From NCBI RefSeq assembly GCF_009914755.1, contig NC_060934.1: DNA of 64,000 nucleotides. One strand, given 5' to 3'. Source of the stretch: the human T2T-CHM13v2.0 reference genome, Homo sapiens. The notes under the pieces were generated by a model. It saw only the letters and a program-made list of their open reading frames with translations, was not told where the DNA came from and did not search any database. The translations under genes and the position numbers were made by a program. Below are positions 30,621-45,150 of this stretch, in pieces. The number at the start of each line of letters is the position of its first letter. Position 1 is the first letter of the stretch.

Positions 30621-31431
30621 TTACTGTTGGTGTGGAAACACAGACACGCCTCTAAACTGTCCTGGGTACCGAGAAGGCTCTACAGACAGGCCCTGTTTTA
30701 AATTGCAAGTGATACTCAGGCAGTCTTCAGTAGACAAAGGCAGAGGCCATTCAGTGCAGGGGAGGACATTCTGTCCCCTGGTTAGGAAACCTGAACTATG
30801 GAATAGAAAAAAACTTAGACTCAATATTCAGAACAACTTTCCTGAAATAAAGGAAGACTTGAATTTTCTGACTGAAGGGTAAATTGATTTAGAGAAGTCA
30901 ATGCTGAGATGACAGACCCTAACAAAATGAATGTTTGCCTTCAAAGAAAAGAATCCTAGGAGTATCCAGTAGAAAACCATCTCTCCAAAAACCAATCAAG
31001 ACAACAACAAAAATAAAAACAACTACCCCAAACAATCACATGAAAACTCAAACCAAGAGAAACACTTGCAGAATGTCAGAATAAGGACTTCTGAAAATCC
31101 TTCCTTAACAACAATGAGAGCACTGGCAAAAATGTCAAAATTAACATTTTCAGAGTCCTGGAAATTAACCAAAGGCTTTCAGCAATCCAAGTTAGATTTA
31201 TTCAAGAAACACAGCTGAATCTCAGTAAGAATAGCAAATTTTGTGGTGTTTTAATTTGCCTTATTCGTAGTCTTCTTTTCCAAGCTCTATGATAGACTTG
31301 AACATAAATGTTCTCAGCTAGGCATGGTGGCTCACTCCTATAATCCTAGCACTTTGGGAGGCTGAGATGGGAGGATTGCTTAAGTCCATGAGTTTGAGAC
31401 CAGTCTGGACAACACAGAGACAACCTCTCTC

Positions 31432-31469
<38 letters not shown>

Positions 31470-34301
31470 TAACATTCTCACAACCATGCCAGCTGTGAAA
31501 ACCAGCAGCCTGGTAGCCACTGGGGAGGACAGAATAGGTTTAGAGCTCTCCAAAAATCCCATCCTCAGAAAGTTGTTACTATTTGATCTGTCTGACAGCT
31601 CCCTGGAAAAGGCACATTCCCAGGGATTGTCTTTGCTTAACATGGTTTGGAGCTTAGTCTGTGTGAACAGCCCTATCCTGAGGGAATCTGTCAAAAACAA
31701 TCAGCAAAAATTGTTTGACATTGCAACTGCCTGAGATGGCAGTACCAGTTGGGGCTAATAAGAGGCTGACCAAAACAGTTACAAGGAAAAACTGGGGAAT
31801 GAGGTATTCATAGAGGCTTTGGAAAAGCTCTGACATATTCTTAAGAACCTAGAAGGCCATGTGCACGTGCAGGGTTGTACACATGTCCAAGACAGATCTA
31901 ACTAGAGCTTAACTTTTGTTTGGCTTTGAGGCTCTGTGCAAGCAGGAAGTAAACTCTGAGGCAGAGTTGTCAGCTGCTTGCTGAAGCATCGAAGGCATGG
32001 CTCAACACAAACAAAGCTTCCCAGCAAAGGTAGGTAGATTTAGTTGTGCAAGGAATTTAAAGAAATCTCTGTCCAAAAATTAATGGACAACTAAACTGAG
32101 GAAAGACTTCGGTGGCTACACATGACAAAAAGTATACATTAAAACTTAGTCCAGGAAATTCACTAAACAGAGAAACAGCAGCATCGGCAACAACAACAAA
32201 CAGAAGCAACAACAAATTGTGAAGAGGGGTGAGGTCTGATTTTTGGAGATGCCACATTATTTTATTTAAAACATTCAGTTTTTAAGAAAAAAATATGAGA
32301 AATACAAAGAAACAAAATGTGTGACCTATTCACAGGGAAAAAGCTGCCATTAGAAACTTTTTCTTGAGGAAGCCCAGACATTGGACTTACTATCAAAGAT
32401 TTTAGAACAAGTCTTAAAAACATGTTTAAACAACTAAAGGAAAACATGTTTAAAGAATGTTAAAAAACATGACAATGATGTCTTACCAAATACAGCATAT
32501 CAATAAAGAGATAGAAAATTATATAAAAAAGGGAAAAAAATAAAATTCTGGGTTGAAAGTGCAACTGAAATAAAAAATTATTAACCAGAGGGGCTTAACA
32601 GCCAATTTGAGCAGGCAGAAAAAAGATTCAGTAAGTTGAATATGGGTCAATTGAGATTATACAATCCAGGGAACAGAAAGTCAAAAGAATGAAGAAAAAT
32701 GAACAGAGCCTCAGAGAGCATACCAATATGTATATAATGAGAATCCCAAAAGAAGAGGAGATAAAGGGGCAGAAAGAATATTTGAAGAAATAATTGCCAT
32801 AAACTTCCCAAATTTGATGAAGAACATTAATTTACATGCTCAAGAAATTCAACGAACTACAAGTGGTATAAAAACAAAGAAATCCATACCTAGATACATC
32901 AGAGTCAAACTATCAAAAGCCAATGACAAAAAGAGAATCTCGAAAGCTACAAAAGAAAAATAACTCAGCATATACACTCTAGCTTCAAATTCCTCAATAA
33001 GATTAACAACTGACTTCTTATCAAAACCATTCAGGCAAGAAGGCAATGGGATAACATATTAAAAGTATTGTAAGAAAATGACTGTCAACCAAGAATTCTA
33101 TATCTAGCAAAGGTATCTTTGAAAAAAAAGAAGAAATGTCCAGATAAATGAAAAATGAGAGAGTTCATCATGAGTAGATCTTCCCTACAAGAAATACTAA
33201 AAGGAGTCTCTCAGGCTGAAATGAAAGGACACTAGATGGTAACTTCATCCACACAAAGAAATAAAGAGCACTGCAGGGTAATTACATAATTAAAAAGACA
33301 GTATAATGTATTTTTAATTGTAATTCTTTTCTTATCCTATCTGATTTAAAAATAGCTACATAAATGAGTAATTATAAAACTGGGTTGTTGGGCTTATAAT
33401 GTATAAAGATGTAATTTGTACGATAATATTAACACAAAGGAAGGGGGCAGGAAATGGACCTATATTGAAGCAATCTTTAAATATATTGTTGAAATTAAGT
33501 TGGATTGATATGGATTAGATTGTTTTATGATAAAATGTTATAATCCCCAGGGCAAGAATAAGAAAATAACTAAAAATATATGGTAAAACAAACAAAAGAA
33601 TTAAAATGATATGCTAGAAAATATCAATTGAATTCAAAAGAAGACAGTAATGAGGGAAAAGAAAAACAAAAAAGATGTAGGACATATAAAAATAGCAAAA
33701 TGGAAGGTGTAGAGCCTATCTTTTCAGTAAATCATATTAAATGTAAATAGAGTAAACATACCAATCAAAATGCAGAGGTTGTGATTTTAAAAAATGAATC
33801 AATTGTTATCTATAAGAGACATACTTTACATTCAAAGACACAAATAGGTTGAAAGTAATAGGATGGAAAAAGATAATCCATGAAAGTAGTAACCAAATGG
33901 GAGCTGGAGTGGCTAGTTATACTAACAGTAGACCAAATAGACTCTTAAGACAAAAATTATTACAAGAGACAAAGAAAAACATTTTATAATTGTAAAAGTT
34001 TCAATCTATTAAGAAGACATGGCAATTAAGAATATATATGCACTTAATAGCAGAGATCCAAATACATGAAGCAAAAACTGAAGTGAGAAATAGAAAATTC
34101 AACAATTATAGTTGGAAACATCATTACTCCACTTTCAACAATGGATAGAACAACTAGGCAGAAGATCCACAAGGATATAGAATATCTGAAAAAAACAGTA
34201 AACCCACTAGAGCTGGTAGTTACCCACAGAACACTCCACCACCACCAACAGAATAGACATTCTTTATATGTGTATATGGAATGTTCTCAAGAATAAATCT
34301 T

Positions 34302-34901
34302 GTCATGAGAAGAATAGTGGCCCCCAAAGATATCCATGCCCTAATCCCTGGAACCACGTTACATTACATGACAAAAGGGGCTTTGCAGATATGATTAAGG
34401 GTATAAACCTTGAGATGCAGAGATTACCCTGGATTGTTTGGGTGGGCCCAATCAAAATACATGAGTTCTTAAAAGTGGAGACACTTTCCTAACCATGGTA
34501 GGGAGATGAAATGGAAGGAGGAGGAGACAATTGAGGTGTGAGAAAGGTTTAAGTGACTACTAAACTGATGGACTTGATCCACCATTGCTGCCTTTGAGGA
34601 TGGAGGAAGGGGACTATTAATAAGGGAATGTGGGTAGCTTCTAGAAGCTGGGAACAGTTCAGCTGACAGCCAGCAAGGAAGTGGGAATCTCAGTCCTACA
34701 ACTTGCAGGAACTGAATTCTGCCAACAACTCGAATGAACAAGGGAACTCTCCGAGAATTTCCACAAAGGAATACAACCACACAGATTCCTATTTTTAGCC
34801 CAGTAAGACATGTCAGACTTCTGATCTTCAGAACCACAAGATAATAAATTTGTGTTAGGTGCAAATTTGTGGTAATTTGTTATGGCAGCAATAGAAAACA
34901 C
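34302..34901 (+). mobile_element. MLT1 (D/E-like) LTR inside L1
   Basis: agaatagtggcccccaaagatatccatg...gtggtaatttgttatggcagcaatagaaaacaca. Confidence 0.85.
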
Positions 34902-36900
34902 ATACATGTATATTCATCCATAAAACAAAATGCAGTAAATTTAAAATAATTGAAATCATATAGAATATGTTCTCTAACAATAGCAGAGTGAAATTCAAAA
35001 CCAAAAACAGAAAGAAATTTCGGACATCCACAAATATGTAGAAATTAAATGACACACTCCAAAATAATCAATGGGTCAAAGAAGAAATCACAATGAAAAT
35101 TAGAAAATTATTTGAAATGAATGAAAATAAAATCACAACATATCAAAGTGTATGGGATGCAGTCAAAGCAATACTTAGGGAGACTTTTATAGCTGTAAAT
35201 GCCTATATTAAAAAGAAGAAAGATCTCGATAACCCAGACTTCCACCTTAAGAAAGTAGAAAAGGAAGCGCAAACTAAGCCCAAAGCAAGCAGAAAGAAGA
35301 AAATAATAAAGATTGTAGTGGAAATAAATAAAATGGAATAGAAAAAACACTAAGGGAAAAAACAAGAGTAATTGCTTCACTGAAAAGAGCAATAAAATTA
35401 GTAAACCTTTAGCTTGACTGAGAAGAAAAAAGTTATGTGCCCTATTTCATTCCCTATACATTAAATTATTAAATTATTAATGTATAGGGAATTAAATTAT
35501 TAAATTAATAATGTTTAGAGAATGAAATAGGGCACACCACTACCACCTCATAGAAATAAAAGGATTATAAAGGAATACTATAAACAATTGTAAGACAGCA
35601 AAATTTTAACTTAGGTGAAATGGAAAAATTCCTAGAAAGACAGGAACTACAAAAACTGAATCAAGAACAAATAGAAAATTTCAATAGACCTTAGTAAGTA
35701 AAGGGATTAAATTAGTAATTAAGAAACTCACCATGCACAAAAAAGCTCAGTACCAAATGGTTTCGCTGATTAGTTTTCCCAAACATTTAAAAAAGATTAT
35801 TGTCAATTCTTCACAATCTTTTCCAAAAATAGAAGAAACAAACTTCAACTCATTCTATGATGTCATTATTCTCATGATACCAAAACAAAAGACATTCTAA
35901 GAGAACACAGCAATATCTTTCATGAATATTAATACAAAAATTATCAACGAAATACTAGCACACTAAACCCAGAAACATATAAAAATGATTATGTATCACA
36001 ATCAAGTGACATTTATTTCAGGAATGCAAAGTTGGTTTAACATAATAAAATAAATCTAATTAATACACCACATTAATAAAATGAAGGACAAAATCCACCT
36101 AATCTCAATAGATGCAGAAAAAACATTTGACAAAATCAATATCCTTTCATGATAAAACACTCATAAAACTAGAAATAGAGGAGAATTTATGAAATCTAAT
36201 AAAGAACATCTATGAAAAACCACAACTGACATCATCCCAAAGGGTGAAAGAGTGGATACTTTCCTTCTAAGACCAGTAAGAAGGAAAGGAAGTCCATGCT
36301 CACCACTTCTATTCAACATTGTATTAGAGATCTGAGCTAGGGCAATTATGCAAATAAGTATGTAAATTTAAAAAATAGCATCCAAATTGAAAAGAAAGAT
36401 GTAAACTATATTTACAGATGACATAATCTAAGGAATTCACAAAATAACTATTACGACTAATAAATGAGTTCAGCAAGATTGCAGATACAAGAACAATATG
36501 AAAAACAATTGTATTTCTACACACTAGCAATGAATAATCTGAATATAAGATTAAGAACAGAATTCCATTTACAATGGCATCAGACAAAATAAAAGGCTTA
36601 TGAATAAATTCAACAAATAAGTCTAAGACTTGTACGTACTGAAAACAATAAAACACCACTGAAGGAAATTAAAGAAGACCTAAATAAATGAAAAAACATC
36701 CTATGTTCATGGATTTGGAAGACTTAATATTGTTAAGATGTCAATGTTTCCCAAATTGGTCTACAGATTCAATGCAATCTTGATTGAAAGATTGTGTGCC
36801 TTTTTCTCAGAAGTTCACATGCAGATGCAAGAGACCCAGAATAGCCAACATGATCTTGAAAGAGAGAGGACTACACTTCCTGATTTAAAAACTTAATACA

Positions 36901-37205
<305 letters not shown>

Positions 37206-37692
37206 ACCCCCCCAAACCCCAAAGAAAACCAAACTTACTACCAACGTCTAGGAATCAAGATAGCCCAATACTAGAAATGTAATAGAATTGAAAATCCAAT
37301 ATTAAACCTTCACATTTATGGTTAACTGATTTTTGACAAAGGTGTCAAGACAATTCAAGAGGATTAAAAAAAAGCCTTAACAAATGATGCTGGGACAACC
37401 GGATTTCCACATGTGAAGGAATGAAGCTGGACACTTACCTTACATCATGTACAAAACTTAACTCAAAATGGACCAAAGTTCTAAATGTAAGAGCTAAAAC
37501 TATAAAACCATAGAGGCAAATGTTCATGACCTTGGATTGGTAAAAGGATTATTAGATATAATACCAAAAGCAGAAGTGACCAAACAAAAAAAAATAAGCG
37601 GGGCATTATCAAAATTGACAGCTTTTGTGCTTCAAAGGACACCATCAAGAAAGTCAAAAAGCAACCCACAGAATGGGAAGAAGTATTTGCAA

Positions 37693-37695
<3 letters not shown>

Positions 37696-37740
<45 letters not shown>
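37696..37740. repeat. (AT)n microsatellite
   Basis: About 22 perfect AT units. Confidence 0.95.
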
Positions 37741-37745
<5 letters not shown>

Positions 37746-38922
37746 TGATAAGCCACTTGTATCCAGAATATATGAAGAACTCTAACAATTCAGCAATAAA
37801 AGACAATAACCTAATTAAAACATGGGCAAATGATTTGAATAAATATTTGTCCAAAGAAGATATACTCATGATCAAAAAGCACCTGAAAAGATGCTTGACA
37901 TTATTAGTCATTAGGAAAGCGCAAATAGAACCGCAATAAGATACAACTACACACCCATTAGGATGGCTTTCATAGAAAAAGACAGGCAATAAGAAGTGTT
38001 GGTGAAGATGCAGAGAAATTGAAAACCCCGTTCATTGCTGGTGTGAACATAAGATGGTGCTGTCACTTTGGAAAACAGTTTGGTAGTTCCTCAAAAAGTT
38101 GGGTGTAGTATTATCATATGACCAAGGAATTCCACTCCTAGATACATACCCAAGAGAACTGAAAACCTATATCCACACAATATCTTGTACAAGTGTTTTC
38201 AAAGCAGCATTATTCATAACACCCGAAAAGTAGAAACAATCCAAATGTCCGTCAACGAATGGGTAAACAACTGTGGTATTCCTTTCCAGTGGTAAGAGAC
38301 AGAATTGATTAGGGAAATGAGGCAGATTCACTAAACTCCACTGAAGGACGGACCTGAGCCAACAGTTCACAGGAAAATGACACAAAAGGCCTTTAAATAT
38401 ATAAAAAGCATCATGTTTAAAGCTTCACTTGTCATCATGGGAAGTCAAACTAAAACACTGAATTACTATACTTTGTCCACCAGATGAGTGAGGATCAAAT
38501 TTTGAAGATGTACTGTCTTAGTAAGAGGTTTAGGAAATTGGTATTTTCCTTCTGTACTGATGAGAATGGGGACTTCTTGACAAAATCTATCTTAAGTACA
38601 ATTCCACATGCCCTTTGATCTAAACACAATATTTTAGGAGTCTATCCTATGATGATACAAAGTAATATAAGAATGTTTATTGCAATAACTTCCAATAACA
38701 AGCTACCGAAACCAGCCTAAACAACCAAAAACAGATTAAATGAGTAGAGATTGGTTAAATAAATTATGGTACATTCACAATGAAATCTTACACTGCTGTT
38801 AAAAAGTATTAATTTTTCCTAAAGATATATTAAATACATATAATTAAAAATAGAAAGAAGACTAGCATTAGACAAAAGCTAGAGAAGTAGGGAAAGTACA
38901 TATATTTTTGCGTATTCCTAGA

Positions 38923-39195
38923 GAATTTCTAGAAGCATATACAGGAAACTTAACAATCGTGAGAGAGTTTGGAGAGGACTTTGGCTGGGGGTTCTGGAGT
39001 GGTGCAGAGATTTATTTTCACCACTTACTCTTTTGTACTACTTGATTTTCTAGAAGCATATGCAAGATGAATTTCTAGAAGCATATACAAGAAACTTAAT
39101 AACTGTGAGAGAGTTTGGAGAGGACTTTGGCTGGGGTCTCTAGAGTGGTGCAGAGATTTATTTTCACCATTTACTCTTTTGTACTACTTGATTTT
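38923..39195. repeat. Tandem duplication, 2 x 127 bp with a short spacer
   Basis: 38923-39049 and 39069-39195 both read gaatttctagaagcatatac...gtactacttgatttt. Confidence 0.9.
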
Positions 39196-39219
39196 TATCA
39201 AGTGCGTGCATTACTTTTT

Positions 39220-41380
39220 TGCCTTTTAGGTTTTTATTTTATGCATGTTTAGACTTTTAAATTTTCAAATAATCATAGATTGACAAGAATTTGTGAAGGG
39301 GTCCCAATATCCTTCACCCAGTTTCTCCACTGTTTACGTTTTACATTCTACAAAACAATATCAAAACAAAGAAACTGACATTAGCACAATGTGTGTTCTT
39401 CTATTACATTGTATCACATGTGTAGATTCCTGTAACCACCAAGACACAAAACTATCCCATCATCCCAAGATCTCTCCTGCTACCTCTTTGTAGTCACACT
39501 TCCCCACCACCGCCTCTAACGCCTGCCAACCACTAATCTGTTTTCACTGTTTATAATTTTGCCCCTGGAAGAATGTTATACAAGTGAAATCGTACAGTAT
39601 GTGACTTTTTGAGATTGGTTTTTTTCACTTAGCCTAATGCTCTTGAGATCCATCCATTTAGTTATTTGCATGAATAATTTGTTTCTTTTTATTGCTGAAT
39701 ATTGGCATAGATGTGTCACTTAGTTTAAGCATTCACTTAGTGAGGGACATTTTGGTTCTTTTCTAGTTTCTGGCTATGATAGGAAGACACAGGAGAAAAT
39801 CATCTGGACCTAGGAGGTGAGGATGAGTTCATAGGCATGGCACCCAAGTACGATTCATTAAAGAAAGAATTGATAAATTGGACTTCATCAAAATTAAAAA
39901 CTTTGCCTCTGCAAAATATTCTGTTAAGATGATGAAAGGACAAGCTATGGAGGGGAGAAAATATTTGCAAACTGCGTATCTGACAAAGGACTCACATTTA
40001 CAATGCATAAAGAGCTCTCAAAACTCAACAGTAAAAAAAAAAAATCTGATAAGAAATTGGGCAATAGACATGAAGAAACATTTCATGGCCGAGTCAAATC
40101 AGCATGTGGAAATATACTTAACATCATTAGCCTTTGGGGAAATGCAAATTGAGATCATGAGAAATCACTGCACACTTATTTGAGCAGTTGAAATAAAAAT
40201 ATAATGATAAAACCAAATGCTAGCAAGGATGCAGAGAAACCAAATTTCTCATCCCTTGCTTGTGAGAATATAACATGATACACACAGCCACTCCCAAAAA
40301 TAGATTGACAGTTTCTCAAAAAACATGCACTTACCATATTACTCAACAATCACATTCCTGGGCTTTTATCAGAGAAATTATAATTTAAGTTTGCACAAAA
40401 AGCTACACACAAATGCTCATAACTGCTCTATTCGTCATGTTTTTATTGGCAGGTAATTTACATACAAAGAAATTCAAAAATCTTAAATTTCACAATTCAA
40501 TGTGTTTTGTCAAATGCCTGCACTCCTGTCCCTCCCCCACTGTAAGATTTACAACACTCTAGCACCCCCAAAAAGTTATTTCATGCCCCCTTCAGCTAAC
40601 CTCTACCATGCCACTCCATCCATAAACCCCAAAGCAACTATTAAAAAAAAAAAAGGCAAAAAACGCAATTACTGTCGCACCAACCTAATACTAGTCTGAT
40701 TTTTAAATCACAGATTCATTTTCATATAAATGGAATCATACAATGTTTATTCTTTCATACCTGACTTCTTTCATTCAGGAACACGATTCAGAGCTTCTGC
40801 TGTGCAGTAGGGGGCATCAATAGTTCATTTTCTTTTTATTGTCTGCTACCATTCCATTGTATGGATTCAACCTAGTCTGTTTATTCATTCTCCTGTGAAT
40901 GAATATTTGGGTTATTTCCAGTTTTTGTCTTTTATGAATAAAGCTTCTATTTTCATCTTTTCAGAAGTCTATTTGTTAGATATGAGTTTTCACCTCTTTA
41001 TCCTTGGATAAAAACCTAAGGATGGACTCGCTGGATAATATAATAGGGTATTTGTTTAAATTTACAAGAAACAACCAAACAATTTTCAAAAGTGTTTGCG
41101 TTCTTTTCCTTACTCACTAGAAATACATGAGGTGGGCTTGTTTGAAGTTTGTGGATGTGTATGCGCTTCTCATGTGTGTACTGGCATTTGTCTACGTTCC
41201 TTTGTGAATAGTTTACCCAAGCCTTTTGCTCATTTTAAAAAACTGAACTTTTTGTTGAGTTATAGGAATTCTTAAATACTCCAGAATCAGGAATCAAGTC
41301 ACTTTTTTATGTTTTATGCATATTTTCTCCTAGTCTTTTACTTGTCTATTGACTTGTTTCTTACTGATGAAGTTTTTTTC
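39220..41380. mobile_element. Patchwork of old L1 fragments in both orientations
   Basis: Antisense L1 3' pieces at about 39220-39780 and 40440-41380; sense ORF2 piece at about 39780-40435. Confidence 0.75.
40655..40690. mobile_element. Half MADE1 (Hsmar1 TIR)
   Basis: ggcaaaaaacgcaattactgtcgcaccaacctaa|ta. Confidence 0.75.
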
Positions 41381-41559
41381 TCACGGCTTAAGTCCAAAGT
41401 GTGTCTTTTTCGTCCAGCCAGGTGGCCCCGGCAGGTCGCTCCTCAGGGACCCACATGGGCCAGGGCGGTGCAGCAGTGACCCACAGGGGCCAGTGCAGTT
41501 GAAGTGGCTTTGAAACCTGATTGGAGAAACAGACTGCTCAGCTGTTGAGAACACACAGC

Positions 41560-42160
41560 GCTCCAGAAAACTGGTGTTCAACACAACGCGTCACTCTGGC
41601 TTCCACTGCTGCTGCGGAGAGTCAGGTTCTCCGGCAAGGCCCCACGCGCCCGCCCCCGCGCGCCCGCTTCTCTGTCCAGGGAACGCCTTTCTGCGGGCGG
41701 AGGCGGCTACGAGGGGGCGCTGCGAAAGCGGATTTCCAGGCACGCCTGGCGCCACTAAGCGGCGCTGAGACGGCGCTGCCTCCTGACTGCCGGTTGGAGG
41801 CTACAGGGGCTCTGGGGCAAGGGCCGCTTTTAGGAGTTTGCTGGTCACGAGGGGGGACGCGACCTCGTCCAAGATCTGTCTGCAAGGGACCCTTCCCAGC
41901 TGATGTGAACACAGCCCGGGGAAAGGGGCCGTCCGGGGAGCAAAGGCAGCCCGGGAAGAGGAGTAGGGGCTGAAACCAAAGGCAGCCTGGGTACCCAGGT
42001 TTTCCCAGGGGACAAGTCCCCCAGTTAGCTGGGCACAGGGAGGCATGGAGAGCGGCAGCAACTGCGTTGGGATGGGGCGGCTGCCCCAGGTTGGGGCGGT
42101 GACCCATGTTCCACCAGGCCAGGCGCAGGGCTGAGGTGGCCGACTCCTGTTTCACAAGTG
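41560..42160. promoter_or_regulatory. CpG island, probable promoter (possibly of a LINC00842-like lncRNA)
   Basis: Abrupt GC- and CpG-rich segment (cccacgcgcccgcccccgcgcgcccgc; ggggcgg boxes) next to AT-rich L1 DNA. The lncRNA identity is inferred from remembered 10q11.22 gene order only. Confidence 0.75.
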
Positions 42161-44924
42161 AAGACCTGGTCACCCCAGCAGCAAGGCATTCCGGAGTGGG
42201 AGAATTCCTGAGTCCTGGGGAGGAAGCCGTGGTTACAGGGCTGTGGCCCTGAGCAGGAGCTGGCTGGCCCAGCAGGGTGGGCCGAGCACTTCAGTCAAGG
42301 CTGAGCGCCAGGCACCAGGGACTCAGGTCTGAGAGACCTGATGTACATCCTGCTCCAGAGCAGATCACAGAGATGCGCCCGCATGAATCCCCAGGCTAAG
42401 CCCAGAATTCCGTGGAAGATGCCCATGGGCCAGGAACACGGGTAGTCACCGCGCTAGGGCATCACACAGGGCCCCCCTTGGCCAAATACCACGAGGGAAC
42501 TTGGACACCTGCATGGGGCCATGGAAGTGCCTGCAACCTCACACTCAGGCCTAGGGCTTACCGAGGTATTGCAGATATTTGTGTTCTCAGAGTAGGAGCT
42601 TAGGAATCAGTATCTTCTCTTCGCTACAGGGACAGAGATGCAGTGGCCTAGGACACATCACAAATATTTAAAACGATGTCCTTGGTCAAGGACAGAGGTA
42701 GCCAAGGCCAGCCTTCTCCCAGGAAACTAACCCAGGACCCCAAAGCACAGAGCTGTTAGGTGGGAGGGAATTGGTCTGTATGTCTCCCTATAGCGTTGCA
42801 ACACTTCGGCGCTGGGCTCCCTGTCCCAGACTCACCTTCCATACTCAAGCCAGAGGCTTACGAAAGCCGGGTTAAGATCCTCCCCTGCCTGTCCCTGTAA
42901 AGCTTCCCCACTGTCTCTGGAAATCGTTTGAGCTTCTTAGCCCCACAGCATGAGCCCGCTCTGACTCAGGCCCTGACAAGCTCTTTCTCTTCTGTCTCTC
43001 CCTCCTCTGTTGATATGGACACACCATTCCTTTGGCATGTCTAGTACAGACCAGATCCCCTGCTGTTGTTAGCATTCCTCCCTCTCCCTGGAATGTTCTT
43101 CCTTATCTGTCTACCTGATAAGCACTGAGTCATCCTGCAAAACTCTGCACAGCTTTCACCTTCCCTGAGGAGCCTCCCCTGGCCAGCCCCACCCTGTTGC
43201 AGGCAGAATGCTTGGCGGTGGGTTGCTGACCAACGATGTGGGTTGCTGACCACAAATCCATTCCCCCTTTATTCCTTGCCAAGGGAATGCTGATTTTGCT
43301 CAGGTTGTCAACCCTCAGGGAGGTGACCCTAAACATGCCAAGTCCAACACACTAGCTCTACCCCCTGAGAGCATGAGAACAACACGGATGGGCATGTGCC
43401 CGGATCTGGCCTTGCCCTCATGGACTGCAGGTCAGGGGTGGGAAGCTCTTATAGAGCAGCCCCAGGAGCCCTAGGGGCCATCCTGCTGGCCATGCCATGG
43501 CAGTGTCAGAACCCCAAACAGCACCTGGGGTGAAGGAGCTACTGAAAGAGTGGAGAGACTCCACTTTGTCCTGTTAGATCTGTCTCAGAAGTATTTTTAT
43601 TAGGATTGACTGGGGAAGCTTTCTTCCACAGGGAGCCTAAGGGGGCCCAGAGAGTCTTCTCAGAATTGGAGGCCATCAAGGATTGGCTCAGGCTCGCTGG
43701 CTACTAGGCTCTCCTGTTCCCAAAGTCCATACTCTTGTTTGTTGTTATTCAAAAATATTTGTTGAAAGCCTGCTATCTACTAGGCCCTGAATGTTTAAAA
43801 ACAAATAAAGTTGTGCTCATCGGTGTCCACACACACGATATCCCTTGCTTGTGGAGTCACGCTCTGCTATTACTCCTGTTAGCACTTCAAGCCCCTTGTG
43901 TGTGCCAGACCTGGGCCAGGTGCTTTAGAAGCAATGCTTATGTCATGGCTTCCTCAACAGTTGTGCTAGGTAAGTACTGATGCCTCACTTTACAGAAAGG
44001 GAGCTGGACTCCCTTACACAGCTAGTAAGTGATGCTGTTGGGACTCCCCAGCCTGACTCAGAAGCTGAGCTCTATCTACCTCCCCTGCCCTACTGATGAC
44101 TCCACCTTTCCCAGACAATGAGTGTTCCTGGAATGTTCCACTGAAGGAAGCTTCACCCACAGGAACGCAGGTCGTCTGGGAATGTGGGAGGCATCTCAGC
44201 TCTCAGTGCCTGCCGGCTTCCCTCTGCCCCAGCACTCGGGGGCTGTGGTGCACCAGCGAGTGGCCAGGCTGTGTAACCGCATCCCTGAGGAGCATGCAGT
44301 CCCGCAGGGGTGCGGTAGGTCTCAGGTGCAGCATTTGTAAGCAGCTCCCTGGCTGGTTCTGATTTTGCTGCATTGAGAAGCCTCTGTCTCACTTCCCACT
44401 CTAAGGTTTTAGAAAATAAGTGTTCTGGGAATCGGAGCCCTGGCTATCAGTGTGGAGTCCTGGAGCTCCAGACCTCCTGCTGAGAAGGAAGGGTCAGCCT
44501 CAGGCTCCTGCAGGGTCTTGCCCAGGGCCGTGCTAGTCCAGACAGGCACATTTTCACTGAAAAGGTGACTCAGACCAGCCTGTGACTACATCTGTTAATA
44601 TAACTTGTTCTGTGACAGGCACAGGGGAGCTGCCATGCCTTGGCCTTCCCCTGCTATGTGGCTGCCCAGAGGCCTGGGAGATGGGTTTGTCTCTATGAGA
44701 GACACAGAGGAAAAGGCAACACCAAAAAGAGAGGTGCAGATGGACCCTACCTGCAGACAGATCTCTCTCCAGTGGCTCCCTCATCTCCTCCCACCCCGTT
44801 CCTGCCCCAGCTTTGTGCCTAGAGGACACTGGGTCTTCGCTAGCAGCTCAGCTGTTGCAGGTGGGGTCTACCTGTGAACTTGCTACCCCGAGCCAGCTCT
44901 CACATGGGGTATGGACGACCAGGG

Positions 44925-45150
44925 TATGGTTTTGGCCCTGGAGTCAGGCTGTTCAGATTCTCACCTAGACTCTGACACTTACTAGTGAGTTCGGGCACCT
45001 GCCTAGCCTACTTGTGCCTCAGTTTCCTCATCTGTGGATAAGGATACTGGTGTCTACTTCATAGACTCCTTGTGAGGTTCAAGGGAGATATTGAATGTGA
45101 GGTGCTTAGAGAAGGGTCCGGCCACAGAGTAGGGACTCAGTGAGTGTCAC
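44925..45150 (+). mobile_element. MIR
   Basis: tggagtcaggctg...gcctcagtttcctcatctgtg. Confidence 0.7.

Noticed and set aside
41521-42173. 150-183 aa ORFs on both strands of the CpG island
   Set aside because: Expected from stop-codon scarcity in GC-rich DNA; no recognisable homology.
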